Below, one piece after another: positions 17,001 through 24,891 of a DNA stretch of 64,000 nt. Positions within the stretch are counted from its first letter, which is position 1. Each line of letters begins with the position of its first letter. Source of the stretch: a bacterium (GTDB lineage: Bacteria > Patescibacteriota > Microgenomatia > Levybacterales > UBA12049). A program made the translations under genes and the position numbers. The stretch is taken from positions 3,972 through 67,971 of the forward strand of contig JAJYWL010000007.1 in NCBI GenBank assembly GCA_021791545.1. The letters run 5' to 3'. Below the pieces are notes generated by a model. It worked only from the letters and a program-made list of their open reading frames with translations, did no database searches and had not been told where the DNA came from.

Positions 17001-19834
17001 TCAATTCCTTTGCCTGTAACCCCCTGAACTACAGTATTAAGGTTGGTTCCGTCGTATCCGAAGTAAGCTCTGGAATTTGCAGACAAATAAGATATATTAG
17101 ATGCACTGTCTACACCTGACGGAGTTAATTTAATAAAAGCATTTCCTGATGTATCTGAGATATCCAATTTTGCACCTGGGCTTGTTGTTCCAATCCCAAC
17201 ATTCCCTCCGTATCCGTTGTTTGGCATTACGATAAGTTGTCCGCTAAAGGAGGCTTGTGTTTGATGGTTAGCAAGTCCAAGTCCTGTAAAAGCAAATTCG
17301 GCAGATGAAGTTGAAGAACCTCCAATTAGCAGATCATCGCTTGAATTGATAGGGGAAAGAGCACCGGTTAATTCTTGCCAGAAATTATAGTTTCCCGTAG
17401 AGCAACTTCCCCAAGAAGGTGCGTAACCTGCTCCTGCTCCTGAAACCAAGCATTGTCCTGAAGTTGAGGTTGTAGCGGATGTCACTACTCCAGTTCCCGT
17501 AGTTGCATAGAGTACTGCGTTATTTCCGGTTATTCCTCCAAGAGTTAATGTTTTTCCGGAGGTAACTGTTGTATTACTATTTAACGTAATTGTTCCTGTT
17601 GAATTTCCGACTGAAACATTTCCCGTATTGGTAGTAGCAAGGTTTAAAGCACCAGTGCCATTAGGGATTATCGATAAATCATCGTTTGAAACAGTACCCA
17701 AAGTTGCTGCAGAGCCATTTCCTAAGTAAAGAGTAGTATTGGTGATGTTATTTCCGCTTATTGTAAGATTTTGCGCCAAGGTTAGACCAGAGCTCATGGA
17801 AAAGTAGCTCCCAGTTGTTTTGGTTATGGTTCCATCGCCAATTTTTATTCCTCCCGTTGTCCCATCGCCAAAAACCGAATTAGATGTTGAGTTTGCGGAT
17901 AAAATTCCTCCTGCAGTCACGTTTCCCGAAGCATCTACTGTAAATTTAGCTACTCCGCTTGCAGATGCACTTATTATCGGTCCTGTTGACCCTTGATTTA
18001 TTGTCACTGCGGATTGTCCGCTTGAAGTAGCAAGGACGGCAAACATGTCATCTACTTCAACTGCTCCCTGAGCGGTAGATATATTGTTATTGTATGAGCT
18101 ATTTTGTAATGGTTTTTGAAGATCAATCTTTCCTAAACCGTCCGGAGAAATAGTAACATTAGCATTTGAACCGACATTAGTGCCAAGCACAAGCGGTTGT
18201 CCTAATAGCTTGAATTGGCCGCCTGTTGCTTGAAATGTGGGAGTGGCGGTGCCTCCAATAGAAAGATTTCCTGAAGAATCCAAGGCCAGGATTACGTTTG
18301 TTGCCGAAGTAGTAGCCGTAGTCGGATACATTCCTTGGAGCGTTTCGGCGTTTGTTGCATACGCAACTGTAGCTAAAGGTTGTCTGGGAGTAAGTTCTGC
18401 AGTTTGTCCTACTGTTACTCCTAGCCACAAAGCGTTATTTTGCGTAAATACTTCCGGTGGAATAACAGAGTTTTGTCCTAAGAGGACATTGAATATTCCG
18501 TCGGTGTCGGGAGATACATAATCCGTCTCCTGCCATTTGAAAATTGTGGTTCCAGAATCCGATGCTGTAGCACTGGTATAAATACCAAAACGCAGCCACG
18601 TGGGGCTGGTGATTGGGTTATCGTTGCTGTCGGTCAGCCTACCCTGAAACGACAGTATTCTCGGTGGAGCCACGGGAGCGGCAGCAAGGATTGGACTTTG
18701 ATTTTTGGGATTATCAAAAAAGCTTGTATAGAATCCAAATCCTATTGCAGCCATTATTATTATCAAAACCGCAAAGTTAAGATAGTGGGCAAGTGGATAG
18801 GAGTGATATGTTTTATACCAGTTTGGTCTTTTATATCTCAGTGCAATCCAATACTTTTTGTAGGAAGGAAGGTTAGCTGTAGATATGGTTAAAGGAGCAT
18901 AGAATTCTTTCTTTATATTTGAGACTTTAAGAAAGTTATGATCCGGGATTTTAGCTTTGATTTCGCTAGATTTCTCCGTGAAAACATGTTTTCCTTTAAC
19001 TTTCCATGCTATATATTCGGCATTCCTTACGCCCTTAGCGAGAGTTTCGGTTATCGCTTTATCGAATATAGCTTGGAAACCTAATCCCATTTTTTGGGCT
19101 ACTCTAAGAGGAGGGAACCAAGAGTAGTTTTTAATTCTAGGTTCCTCAGTTTTTGAAAGTTCTTGTGAAATAGCTTCAGGTTGTGTTGTGAAAAAGGGAG
19201 TTTGATAATTTGTAATTTCAGGCTGTGCTTTTATGAAGCCTTCTTCTTGAGCCCAGGAAAGATATTTCCTTAGAGAAGATAGCTTCCTATTGACCGTGGT
19301 AGCAGAAAAATTATTGTGGGTGATTAACCTCTGTTTGTATTCCTCGATGAGTTCTTTGTTTATTTTCCCTACGGTTGGAAGGTCTGAGTTAGGAGTGACC
19401 GTCTCAGCCCAGGTAAGGAATTGTCGAATATCAATGATATAGTTCTTTATAGTAAGATTCGATGCGTTGAATACATAGAGGTAGTTTTTAAATTCCTTTA
19501 TGTGCCATGGATCTTTAACCTCGACGGGTTGAGGAAGGACAGCTTTGAATGGATCACTAGAGATATATCCTTCAAGCTTAAGAAAGTAGAAGAACTTTCT
19601 AAGTGATGACATGTGCCTATCAAGTGAGCTTTCGGAAAGAACGGAGGCTGATTGTGTTTTATAATTTCGTATTGTTTCAAAGCTTATCTCGGAGGGGGAG
19701 AAAGCTTTCTTGTATTGGTCTTCAAAGAATTTAATGAAATGATTTATGTCCGATAGATAATTTTTTACCGTAACCTTTGAAGGCTGGTTCTTTTGTGATA
19801 ATAAATAATTTTTAAACTGGGCAAGTATATCCAT
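8030..19834 (-). CDS. Giant (3934 aa) membrane-anchored fibre/adhesin: 2x integrase N-terminal SAM-like domains, TM helix, tail-fibre-like repeats, DYAE-type intramolecular-chaperone-like domain, C-terminal domain
   Basis: aa 1-~205 contain two copies of FKNYL...TxKNY..DI..F...R..SSLRK(F/Y). A single TM helix (NFAVLIIIMAAIGFGFY) lies at ~18716-18784. There are many GNVGIGT motifs, YadA-head-like repeats at ~13440-13760, and DYAE...AGRIPVKV...GDLVTSS...VVGTAL at ~9470-9980. Confidence 0.85.
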   Translation of the reverse strand: MDILAQFKNYLLSQKNQPSKVTVKNYLSDINHFIKFFEDQYKKAFSPSEISFETIRNYKTQSASVLSESSLDRHMSSLRKFFYFLKLEGYISSDPFKAVLPQPVEVKDPWHIKEFKNYLYVFNASNLTIKNYIIDIRQFLTWAETVTPNSDLPTVGKINKELIEEYKQRLITHNNFSATTVNRKLSSLRKYLSWAQEEGFIKAQPEITNYQTPFFTTQPEAISQELSKTEEPRIKNYSWFPPLRVAQKMGLGFQAIFDKAITETLAKGVRNAEYIAWKVKGKHVFTEKSSEIKAKIPDHNFLKVSNIKKEFYAPLTISTANLPSYKKYWIALRYKRPNWYKTYHSYPLAHYLNFAVLIIIMAAIGFGFYTSFFDNPKNQSPILAAAPVAPPRILSFQGRLTDSNDNPITSPTWLRFGIYTSATASDSGTTIFKWQETDYVSPDTDGIFNVLLGQNSVIPPEVFTQNNALWLGVTVGQTAELTPRQPLATVAYATNAETLQGMYPTTATTSATNVILALDSSGNLSIGGTATPTFQATGGQFKLLGQPLVLGTNVGSNANVTISPDGLGKIDLQKPLQNSSYNNNISTAQGAVEVDDMFAVLATSSGQSAVTINQGSTGPIISASASGVAKFTVDASGNVTAGGILSANSTSNSVFGDGTTGGIKIGDGTITKTTGSYFSMSSGLTLAQNLTISGNNITNTTLYLGNGSAATLGTVSNDDLSIIPNGTGALNLATTNTGNVSVGNSTGTITLNSNTTVTSGKTLTLGGITGNNAVLYATTGTGVVTSATTSTSGQCLVSGAGAGYAPSWGSCSTGNYNFWQELTGALSPINSSDDLLIGGSSTSSAEFAFTGLGLANHQTQASFSGQLIVMPNNGYGGNVGIGTTSPGAKLDISDTSGNAFIKLTPSGVDSASNISYLSANSRAYFGYDGTNLNTVVQGVTGKGIEFNVNNNSFGTGTAMVINSSGNVGIGTTNPGQLLTLSSGGSLGWDNGSGSVTTGISRGGDGYINIGNGTPGNTSGTVQATTINLTNVVNTTSHQSFRLDQTGKIVQFNNSAANASAFLISPGINDYSGASATVQLSSSGNSYLTGGNLGIGTNNPQTALQVVGNSAQINNTVWGWSQTGVNPASDTYYKIATLPISTSATYDHIVINGILDDGWGSNQKSQFNILMGNRNGFKYEYDLFGDVRSKAKILAYQETDGSISVYTYHKATSYTSISYNITESIQATVYPNPTGSTSIPTGTLVFDSSSASYPPRYMVATNGNFTIGGTTATSLFNVGSSAQFQVNSSGAIAASTGLTLTSGAITLGASTGAGQCLIGGANASWGSCSTGNYNYWQELSGALSPIQSGDDLLLGGSSTASAEFAFTGLGLANHQTQASFSGQLIVMPNNGYGGNVGIGTNTPAYTLDVTGTGHTTGAFTIDAGAGSANAQLNLTGRNSGTANNAYILANYQGGVSLNAATSRGFVLSNTGATYSNTGAVLEVSGSQAIGSTYVTTTPPSNGLIVEGNVGIGTAAPQVNLDVFGTQYIRDNGTLASVLSGLKFVPSGGINYIESAGAAMGAGTGADLRFTNMNATSTWMTIQASSGNVGIGTTNPGQLLTVGPNSSNGQFTVNTTGAVASVGTTGQVFFTGHQVGSGYSYGAPGIFQAITDNLTGANNTYFQGVTGSTTNFSVRADGQGYFAGNVGIGTNNPVAQLDVRNGAVFKNSVSASTPVTPFASSSAEFLLSANSLVTIGESVQGNANPAITLYRTTSGNRIGTGARLYLASSNFDFRIQQGTNGTAYGAETYTDRLTINSSGYVGIGNSNSAALFSVGSSSNFQVDATGAITTTGNGLSFTASSGDTVIKKTGASGILDISSNGGTSAVRFNYDYGGGTGGIQIYDGATTNNVQLLATSGNLAIAPSGGTGSNVAPTTNQQIDLGDATHQWRNIYGQNIYSNGVLLTNGGAGFWQELAGALSPVQPGDDLLIGGSSTASADFAFTGLMGNQTQASFSGQLNIMPNKGYGGGVNSYTGYAFRGTNILSAYGTSNIFVGGFAGNPTASGYNTAVGTSAGTNLSTGTENALLGYQAGVNLGGGTDNVLLGAYAGTVPTVGNNNTIIGAYADMSSNNLNYSLALGYNAIATGSNQAVIGGNTGTSYIQDFYLGNGVTTASPRQVILHASGGSGTNVTGANLTLASGISTGNAAGGNIYFMTSTAGVSGVNPETLSTRLTIDGSGNITMSGTGNFATGTGTVSLNGNTTIPTGKTLTLVNNNGNNAVLYSANSTGLVTSVSSTTTSGQCLLSGSSIPAWGTCPTTYNFWQELSGALSPVQSGDDLLIGGSSTASADFAFTGLMGNQTQASFSGQLIVTPNKGYGGGINVVGNDMNSIIVVENDSSTAPRYPSVEVDNYTGSTTGQSALILQVAKGTKAAPTIATANSDVTTLVGRAYNGTSFKDVGRINFGTDAAFSATDQSGYIGFMVGNGATYTEKMRLDHLGNLGLGISAPLATLDVRGSSATTPIASFSGTTSGPALGIDSNTGAGDLINASSGLSPALGRLQFKVTNLGSIYGRSFTDLDNNSYFLDPAASGTSLTTAGAAGIGTYSITGTTTKLDVAGGIGLFEQGIMSGWTTTTGGGTYTNQYFPIASVSIPAQYGYGTADILISKQGAAGSQSDDNALVHLQVKQQAAFGSPPIVSLQASYLYGIKAANIVFVLTSYAGPTTGTLYVKNPTSYEEYTYTALSASNNITISPTNSASVASLPAGTQTNPTYAFYSYGGNMGIGTDSPASPLHIYGNSSSGITGEIQNTNSAGYAYLLLKSDAAQNMGVFAGGTALASYGGANSLNIFQGNNAPISFLTGGTNQRMVITGTGDVGIGITAPNDLLDVSESSTINVTTPGLATTYGIHLTAPTNVADYANGITFGAGQSSSGNTAQAGIYVQSSGAYGTKMYFATTNSFATGAQTRMMIDHLGNIGVNVTSPTSGYKMDVFGGGGTNGGILIEDSGSNPGAKLLQVGDDSFFTDIDVANTLGLYGNSNSAIASLKLGSGGGTITGSSGNIGIGNTSPAENLSIGNGTANSNWSIGSSSGNRMYMDTYIDAAYLAINRRSSDGAFARSTYGAASIGFVSDTSGGYFDFNTINAVNTNPTLAMRINETHYVGLYGQATGATSNAYLGFYDSGGTRIGYVGDGSTSNSDMYLVADTAGALHLGGNGSSSALNIDNSGFYGNVYMDPSGSAGQWVTVVSSGSVAGQGGLKWTQNSTYWMDTYLTASSATTGKLMFERNGGTSLVSISLTGIIRAAGTITGSTTPDYAETIRIKDQSIDSGDIVAAKDYDNSVKDIYQKALASKTSTPYSPDLIGAISENPGMLINNNFNSDNLWESNERPLTVAGRIPVKVTSKNGPIKVGDLVTSSEIPGVGMKATKAGMVVGTALTDFDPSSATQSARLINGQWQILDSTCTQNEPDCYAYGKILVFIKPGFSDPQVYLTSTGDMSIVDQATTSADFTVPHYYSISDALGNPIDRVGAFAQLAVANLRAGVVNAQQIIVNGQNLGDYIATIVNNIVGQNANGQVVSPIASDSIKTNLIAPTATSSAVALRFENDKLSVLNTNNSSGSAVATIDNQGNASFSGKLTSNQLDTNDASISGTLHVGKIIADQIVSGSSSATYVTNITNVYNSTPSSNTNFGLVNGSSTSTSSGTTNQTQTGTGYMDISSMSGQLSYVPTLSSQTAAFSEGLTVFGPSSLSDVSITGQVAINGSLILANNSINVLGSDFNIQPLKQGGVSIMAGLVYIDTNGNVTFGSDVQVKGTLYANAIAPIPGNDLAINLASPSGKVANLNVTNATGSSILSLNGKSGDLTASGAGTFAKLNLSLIQPAQALSETEITATGSAGTAWIAAHQKEVTIDNSLVTDKSLIYITPTADTKNQVIYLIRQVAGQSFTVGLPDFATSNIPFNWIIVN
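12770..17460 (-). repeat. Four dispersed ~55-85-aa linker repeats within the giant gene
   Basis: (F/Y)WQEL.GALSP....DDLL(I/L)GGSST.SA(E/D)FAFTGL...QTQASFSGQL...PN.GYGG at ~17195-17460, ~15640-15900, ~13815-13995 and ~12770-13010; similar at DNA level, differences largely synonymous. Confidence 0.9.
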
Positions 19835-20404
19835 TGATTTAAATAATAAATTCTTGTGAAAATTCCTCTATAGCCTCGAGATTATACAGATTATACGGTT
19901 TATATCCGTGAAAAAAAGATTTATTACTCATACTATTAGAATAAAGAAAATTTTTCACCACTGTCAAGGACCTAGAGTATTATTAGATGAGATAGATTGT
20001 TAAGGATTGATATACTTGTTGTTGAAGGTGGTATTGGTGAAATAGGGTAGTGAAAAGGCTGTTTATGCCCCTGAGGCTAGTAAATTAGATAAAATAGCTA
20101 TATCTTAATGTATCAAACTAGACTTTCATCTAATTTTGGGGTAGTTGTTGATTTTGATATATTTGCCTAGAAAATGGCCGAGTTGTGTAAAATTAATCTA
20201 AGATCAGGAGGGTAGTTTAGCCTCACTCTTAGCAGATATATGGTGTGAGTGATAGGTATTTTCACATAGGGGTTTGGATTGATCTGGCGGGCTGTTTTAA
20301 ATCTATTCTAGTTTTATTCGTATGTCTCTAGCTTCGTCTATGATTTATAAAGATTTTAGTACCTTAACTGTTGTATTCCCTGAGTTTATTATACAATATA
20401 ACTA

Positions 20405-21268
20405 ATGTCCAAGACCAGACTGGCCATTCATAAATTAAAAGTAGTTCAAAGAGTGATAGGTATATCTCTTCTTGCGGTATTGTTGCTAAACATTTTTACC
20501 CCCTATGTCTCGGCTCAGTTTAAAGGATCCTTAAATACCTCCGTATCAGGAAGAGTAGGAGAGTTCTTTCTTGATGTTTCCGGATATATCTCTCCTTATG
20601 CTTCGGTTATACTAACATCCGACGGAGTGTTCCTAAGAGCTACCGTAGCGGACTCTAAAGGTAACTTCTATATCTCCCAGGTCCTCATTAACTCCGGCTT
20701 TTCACACTTTTGCTTGGAGGCTGTAGATTACAAGCAGATAGGAAGTTCGGAGACTTGCATGACCATTCCTCCGGCCACAGGCTCTGTAGAGATTAAGAAT
20801 ATATTCCTTCCTCCCACAATAGCAGTACAGAAGAAGGAGATAGCTGAAGGATCTCCCGCGATTGTTTACGGTTACACAATGCCCGGAGCAGAAGTTAAGC
20901 TATTTCTTTCAAATAAACAGACTATTACGACAACAGCCGATGAAACTGGTTTCTATAGATTTGAGATAAATAACCTCAAGGCGGGGACATATAGCTTATA
21001 TGCAAAGGCATATTATAAGGACAAGGAATCGCTGACTCCGGCTAAGAAGATTGAACTTAAAAGTCTCTCTTGGTGGGAGCAAATTATTGCTTTTATCAAG
21101 GATCTGCTAAGTAAAATCTGGCTTTATCTTACATCTTTGTCTTTAGGACCACTTTGGCTTGCTATACCAATCATTATCCTCATTATTATACTGATTTTTA
21201 AGTTATTACCCAGAGGCATTGTACGTCCCAAGGAACATCTCCATCATTATTGGATGGTACATGAATAA
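20405..21268 (+). CDS. Secreted two-Ig-like-domain protein with C-terminal membrane anchor
   Basis: Signal peptide; two G(Y)xxP(Y/G)AxV...ADxxGx(F/Y) beta-sandwich repeats; C-terminal IIILIIILIF helix. Confidence 0.7.
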   Translation: MSKTRLAIHKLKVVQRVIGISLLAVLLLNIFTPYVSAQFKGSLNTSVSGRVGEFFLDVSGYISPYASVILTSDGVFLRATVADSKGNFYISQVLINSGFSHFCLEAVDYKQIGSSETCMTIPPATGSVEIKNIFLPPTIAVQKKEIAEGSPAIVYGYTMPGAEVKLFLSNKQTITTTADETGFYRFEINNLKAGTYSLYAKAYYKDKESLTPAKKIELKSLSWWEQIIAFIKDLLSKIWLYLTSLSLGPLWLAIPIIILIIILIFKLLPRGIVRPKEHLHHYWMVHE

Positions 21269-21390
21269 TCTTTTGTCAGATGAGAGAGTAGGGAAACTCC
21301 TTTATATTCTTCCTTTTAAGTTCTCTAGTCAGTTCTAAGTAGATAAGAATAAGAGAGACAGTGAGCAAAACAATTCACTAAGCCAAGTGT

Positions 21391-22377
21391 TTACTCAGCA
21401 GGTGTATGGTATTCATGGAGAACACCGGGGTTTTGAACTTTTGGTCCTTCTTCTTTCTTTCCGCCTCTTCTACTTCTCTTTCTCAAGTAGAGGATAAGAA
21501 GGATTACGGCTATTACGATTAAGACTGCGAGTGTTGTAAGTTTCCATGGGAATACCCAGAAGGAAACTGTTGCTGAAAGCGGCTGAACGCTGTTAAATCC
21601 ATATGTTCCGGAAAGAACGGCAGTGTACTTTCCGAACATGAATTGCTGTCCTACGAAGTTCTCATAGTCTCTGGCTGCACCGGGAAATACATCATGCTGG
21701 GGAAGAGTATATGTTTGATTAAAGAAAGGTCCTGTTACTGTTATTTTTGCATTAGGTCTTGTATGAATATCTCCATAGTTTCTTATCTGCGTCATTATCT
21801 TAACGGGTCCGTATTCCTGGAATGATTTTGCAAGGAAATTGGTTATGCTTGCTTTTTCAAGTACTGGGCCTTTAACGATAAGTTTAAAGATTGTTCCGAG
21901 TTGTGAATTTACAGTGCTTCCTGTGCCTTTATCTGCTGTTTTGACTTCAGGTGTATATACAACTGCTGCGTAATGTCCTCCCGGTCTTGCGTTAGCAGGA
22001 ACTTGGATGTAGTAGTTTAGATCCTGTCTTTGATGGGGTTGTACGGTAAATTCGCTTGGGTAGACGGCTATCCAGGATGCACCGGAATATTTTGATTCTA
22101 TTGTTCCTAGTGGAAGAAGTTGGGGAGTGCCAAGACTATCTGTAACTATGAAATCTTCAACTGCTGCTTTGAAAGTAAGGGGAGCATCTGTATCATTTGT
22201 AATTCTTGTTACTCCTTCGCTTTTCTCTCCGGGATTAAGGGAAGCTTCAACTACAGGGTAGGTAAGTGTGACTGTTCTTTGGACTTCCTGTGCTAAGGCG
22301 ACTCCGCCAAGAAGGGTAACTCCTAATATTGCGGTTCCTAATATTAATTTTTTATGTTTAATGTTGGGCAGTTTCAT
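21391..22377 (-). CDS. DUF916/DUF3324-like (WxL-interacting-protein-like) surface protein
   Basis: Signal peptide, IQVPANARPGGHYAAV, RNYGDIH, VFPGAARDY, FWVFPW + TM + basic tail. Confidence 0.7.
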   Translation of the reverse strand: MKLPNIKHKKLILGTAILGVTLLGGVALAQEVQRTVTLTYPVVEASLNPGEKSEGVTRITNDTDAPLTFKAAVEDFIVTDSLGTPQLLPLGTIESKYSGASWIAVYPSEFTVQPHQRQDLNYYIQVPANARPGGHYAAVVYTPEVKTADKGTGSTVNSQLGTIFKLIVKGPVLEKASITNFLAKSFQEYGPVKIMTQIRNYGDIHTRPNAKITVTGPFFNQTYTLPQHDVFPGAARDYENFVGQQFMFGKYTAVLSGTYGFNSVQPLSATVSFWVFPWKLTTLAVLIVIAVILLILYLRKRSRRGGKKEEGPKVQNPGVLHEYHTPAE

Positions 22378-22381
22378 ATTT

Positions 22382-23827
22382 TTAGAACGTAGCCGTTGCT
22401 ACATACGTCATTGTTGTCGTGTAAACACCCGGAGGTGTTGTTCCCGTTACTTCGGCTCCATATCTTACTACTGTTTTTGCTGCGCTTACAGGCCCTCCCG
22501 TATTGGAAGCAATTGTTGCGTAATATGAGTTTGTTCCAGTATTCCATGGGTTTGCAGTTTTTGCGCTTCCGGCTGCCATTGATGTTGCTCCTGCTCCCCA
22601 TACGGCTGTGGGTATATCTGCTCCACAAGGGCTTATTCCAAAGAATGCAGTTCCGTTTGCGGGGATTGTCCATGGCGCAGGAGTGTCAACAGCCGTCAGC
22701 CCGTTATTTCCTCCGTTGACAATGTTATCTGTAAGATAGAAGCCTGAAGCAGGATTAATAAACTTGCCTGAAGAAGTTGCCGTGATTACATATCCTGCTG
22801 CTCCGTTTGTTGTTACTGTTAAGAGTTGTCCTGCTTTATTGGGTCCAGTTGGAGTAAGAAGTCCTAAGTTTACAAAGGTTGCAGTAGAATCGATTCCACT
22901 ATTTGATGTTTCAGAAGTGCAGCTTGAAGAACCGGAAATTGTATTGTAATTGTCTGTATTAAGTAATCCTGCAATCGTAAAAGTAAGGGATGGTTCAACT
23001 GTTGCTTGAACTTGTACAGATTCAATGGTTGCTATTTTTGCAGATCCTGTATCTAAATCAATCCCGTTATTATCCTGGGTTTTCATTTGAACTTTCCAAG
23101 AATCGTTTGTCCCTGCAGTTGCTGTTTTTGTCGGATTAATAAGTGCTGGAGTTGTATTTCCTATTACTATCGTAATGGTGGAAGCAGCCGGTATCGTGGC
23201 AGTTGCTACTGTGCAAGTAATATTTGGCGTGGTAGTACCAACATTTACAACCCAAGTACATGTAGAAGAACCGGGAAGAGTAGCGCTAATGTTAGCAGTC
23301 TGAAGATTATTAAACTCGAAGCCGGTAGCCGATGGGGAAGCCAGATTGGAGCTTGCTAGGTCGGTGATGGTTGGATAAGTTATGATTATTTTTCCATTTA
23401 CAGGAATTGCAGCGACCGTTGTAAATTTGATGGTATGTTTTGCAGTTACTGCTGTTTGGATAACTGCTCCTATGCTATGGCCGTTTGTTACGGTATTTGT
23501 GAAATATAGGTATCTAAAGTTGGGGGTGCCCGATTGTTGAGCAGACATTGATGCTACATTTAAGCCGGCTTGGAAACCAGGCGTCATTATTGTTGCCGAG
23601 TCTGATGCAATCCATTGTGCAGTTGTTCCCGTAGTATCTGCTACCTGAACAAATGTTGCCCCGGTGGTTTGATTAGCTGTTAAGTATGAAGAGGCCGATG
23701 GTCTTGAAGTGGTAACTGTGTCCGTGACGCTGGAAAGTGAGGCTGCATCTACTGTATTAACTGAAAAAACTCCAAAAAGGAGGATAAGGGATAACAAATA
23801 AAAACTTCGCTTAACTATAATTCCCAT
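22382..23827 (-). CDS. Large secreted Thr-rich protein with WxL-like C-terminal domain
   Basis: Signal peptide; V.ATVEPSLTFTI; LTVTTNGAAGYVITA; paired Cys; C-terminus PPGVYTTTMTYVATATF. Confidence 0.6.
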   Translation of the reverse strand: MGIIVKRSFYLLSLILLFGVFSVNTVDAASLSSVTDTVTTSRPSASSYLTANQTTGATFVQVADTTGTTAQWIASDSATIMTPGFQAGLNVASMSAQQSGTPNFRYLYFTNTVTNGHSIGAVIQTAVTAKHTIKFTTVAAIPVNGKIIITYPTITDLASSNLASPSATGFEFNNLQTANISATLPGSSTCTWVVNVGTTTPNITCTVATATIPAASTITIVIGNTTPALINPTKTATAGTNDSWKVQMKTQDNNGIDLDTGSAKIATIESVQVQATVEPSLTFTIAGLLNTDNYNTISGSSSCTSETSNSGIDSTATFVNLGLLTPTGPNKAGQLLTVTTNGAAGYVITATSSGKFINPASGFYLTDNIVNGGNNGLTAVDTPAPWTIPANGTAFFGISPCGADIPTAVWGAGATSMAAGSAKTANPWNTGTNSYYATIASNTGGPVSAAKTVVRYGAEVTGTTPPGVYTTTMTYVATATF

Positions 23828-23891
23828 CTATATACTATTATATGGGTTATTTTTATATACTTGTCAATATATCAGTTTAGGTCATTTAGCC

Positions 23892-24890
23892 TCAAAATTC
23901 GGGAAGTTTTTTCTTAACACGAAGAATTATGAAAATAGCTATAAGAATTACTGCAAATATTACCGCTAAAGCCTCTAACGGGAAGGCAAAGAAATATGCA
24001 TTTCTCACATAAACAGGTCCGCTATCAGATAGTGAAAGAGTTAAAGTTGCTGTATAGGGACCCAAGAGGAATGTCTCCGGCCAGACTGCAACAGGATAAT
24101 AATTTGCAAGAACGACATCTTTAATCTGTCCGAATTCTTTCTCTTTGTCGGGAGATTGGAGGCTGTCCGGTATCCTTCTTGTCGTGCCGGCAAGTATATT
24201 TACTGGCAATAAATCTACTTTTCCTATTGTCTGTCCAAATATGTTTTTAATAGTGATGTCTCCTTTGGGAGTAATAAAGTGGGAAGATGTGTTTTTTACT
24301 CTTACTGTAAAGGGGACGGGACCTTTTTCAACGAAAAACGGAGCGCTGAAGTCAGAAATCACTCCTTCTGTTTTACCTTTTTGTCCTATCGATAAAAGAA
24401 CATTAGAAGCAATTGCTCCGGTTGCCTGGGAACCGTTAAGTTGGACATTGTCTCTGGCTTTAGAAATAAAGAGGATAGAGAAGTAATAATCCGAAGAAGT
24501 TTCTTCTTTTGGAATTTGGATATGTAGTACAAGATTTTTCTTTTGTTTTGGTGCAAGGGTTATGCTACTGACAGAATTTTCTCCGTCCAAGATTTCCATC
24601 TTTTCAAAAATGTAGGGATCTTCATAAGTACTTAAATCTTGCTGATAAGAGACTTCACCGTTTTCACGATCTCCGGCAGTAAAGGGTTTTACTGCAATAT
24701 CAAGGTCTATAGAGTCCTTGTCCGAGAGGTTTTGAACAAAAAAATTCGTTCTGATATCCGAAGGTGGATTAGCCGTGATTTGAAAAACAGGAGGGTAGAC
24801 TCCGACGTTTACGTCCTGTGCAAACGATTTTTGGGCAAAATTGTGAAAAATTAACGGTAGTAATAAAGCGATTAAAAATAATTTTTTCAT
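23892..24890 (-). CDS. Second DUF916/DUF3324-like surface protein
   Basis: Start moved to MKKLFLIALL at 24890. IQIP...DYYFSILF, KNTSSH, NILAGTTR, FFAFP + TM + KKK. Confidence 0.65.
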   Translation of the reverse strand: MKKLFLIALLLPLIFHNFAQKSFAQDVNVGVYPPVFQITANPPSDIRTNFFVQNLSDKDSIDLDIAVKPFTAGDRENGEVSYQQDLSTYEDPYIFEKMEILDGENSVSSITLAPKQKKNLVLHIQIPKEETSSDYYFSILFISKARDNVQLNGSQATGAIASNVLLSIGQKGKTEGVISDFSAPFFVEKGPVPFTVRVKNTSSHFITPKGDITIKNIFGQTIGKVDLLPVNILAGTTRRIPDSLQSPDKEKEFGQIKDVVLANYYPVAVWPETFLLGPYTATLTLSLSDSGPVYVRNAYFFAFPLEALAVIFAVILIAIFIILRVKKKLPEF

Positions 24891-24891
24891 T

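Noticed and set aside
12770-17460. Diversity-generating retroelement or shufflon repeats
   Set aside because: No reverse transcriptase or catalytic invertase is present. The repeats are direct, in-frame and differ mainly at synonymous sites rather than at adenines.
19200-19834. Active integrase, prophage or genomic-island boundary
   Set aside because: Only N-terminal binding domains are present. There is no catalytic R-H-R-Y set, no att repeats and no phage structural or packaging genes.
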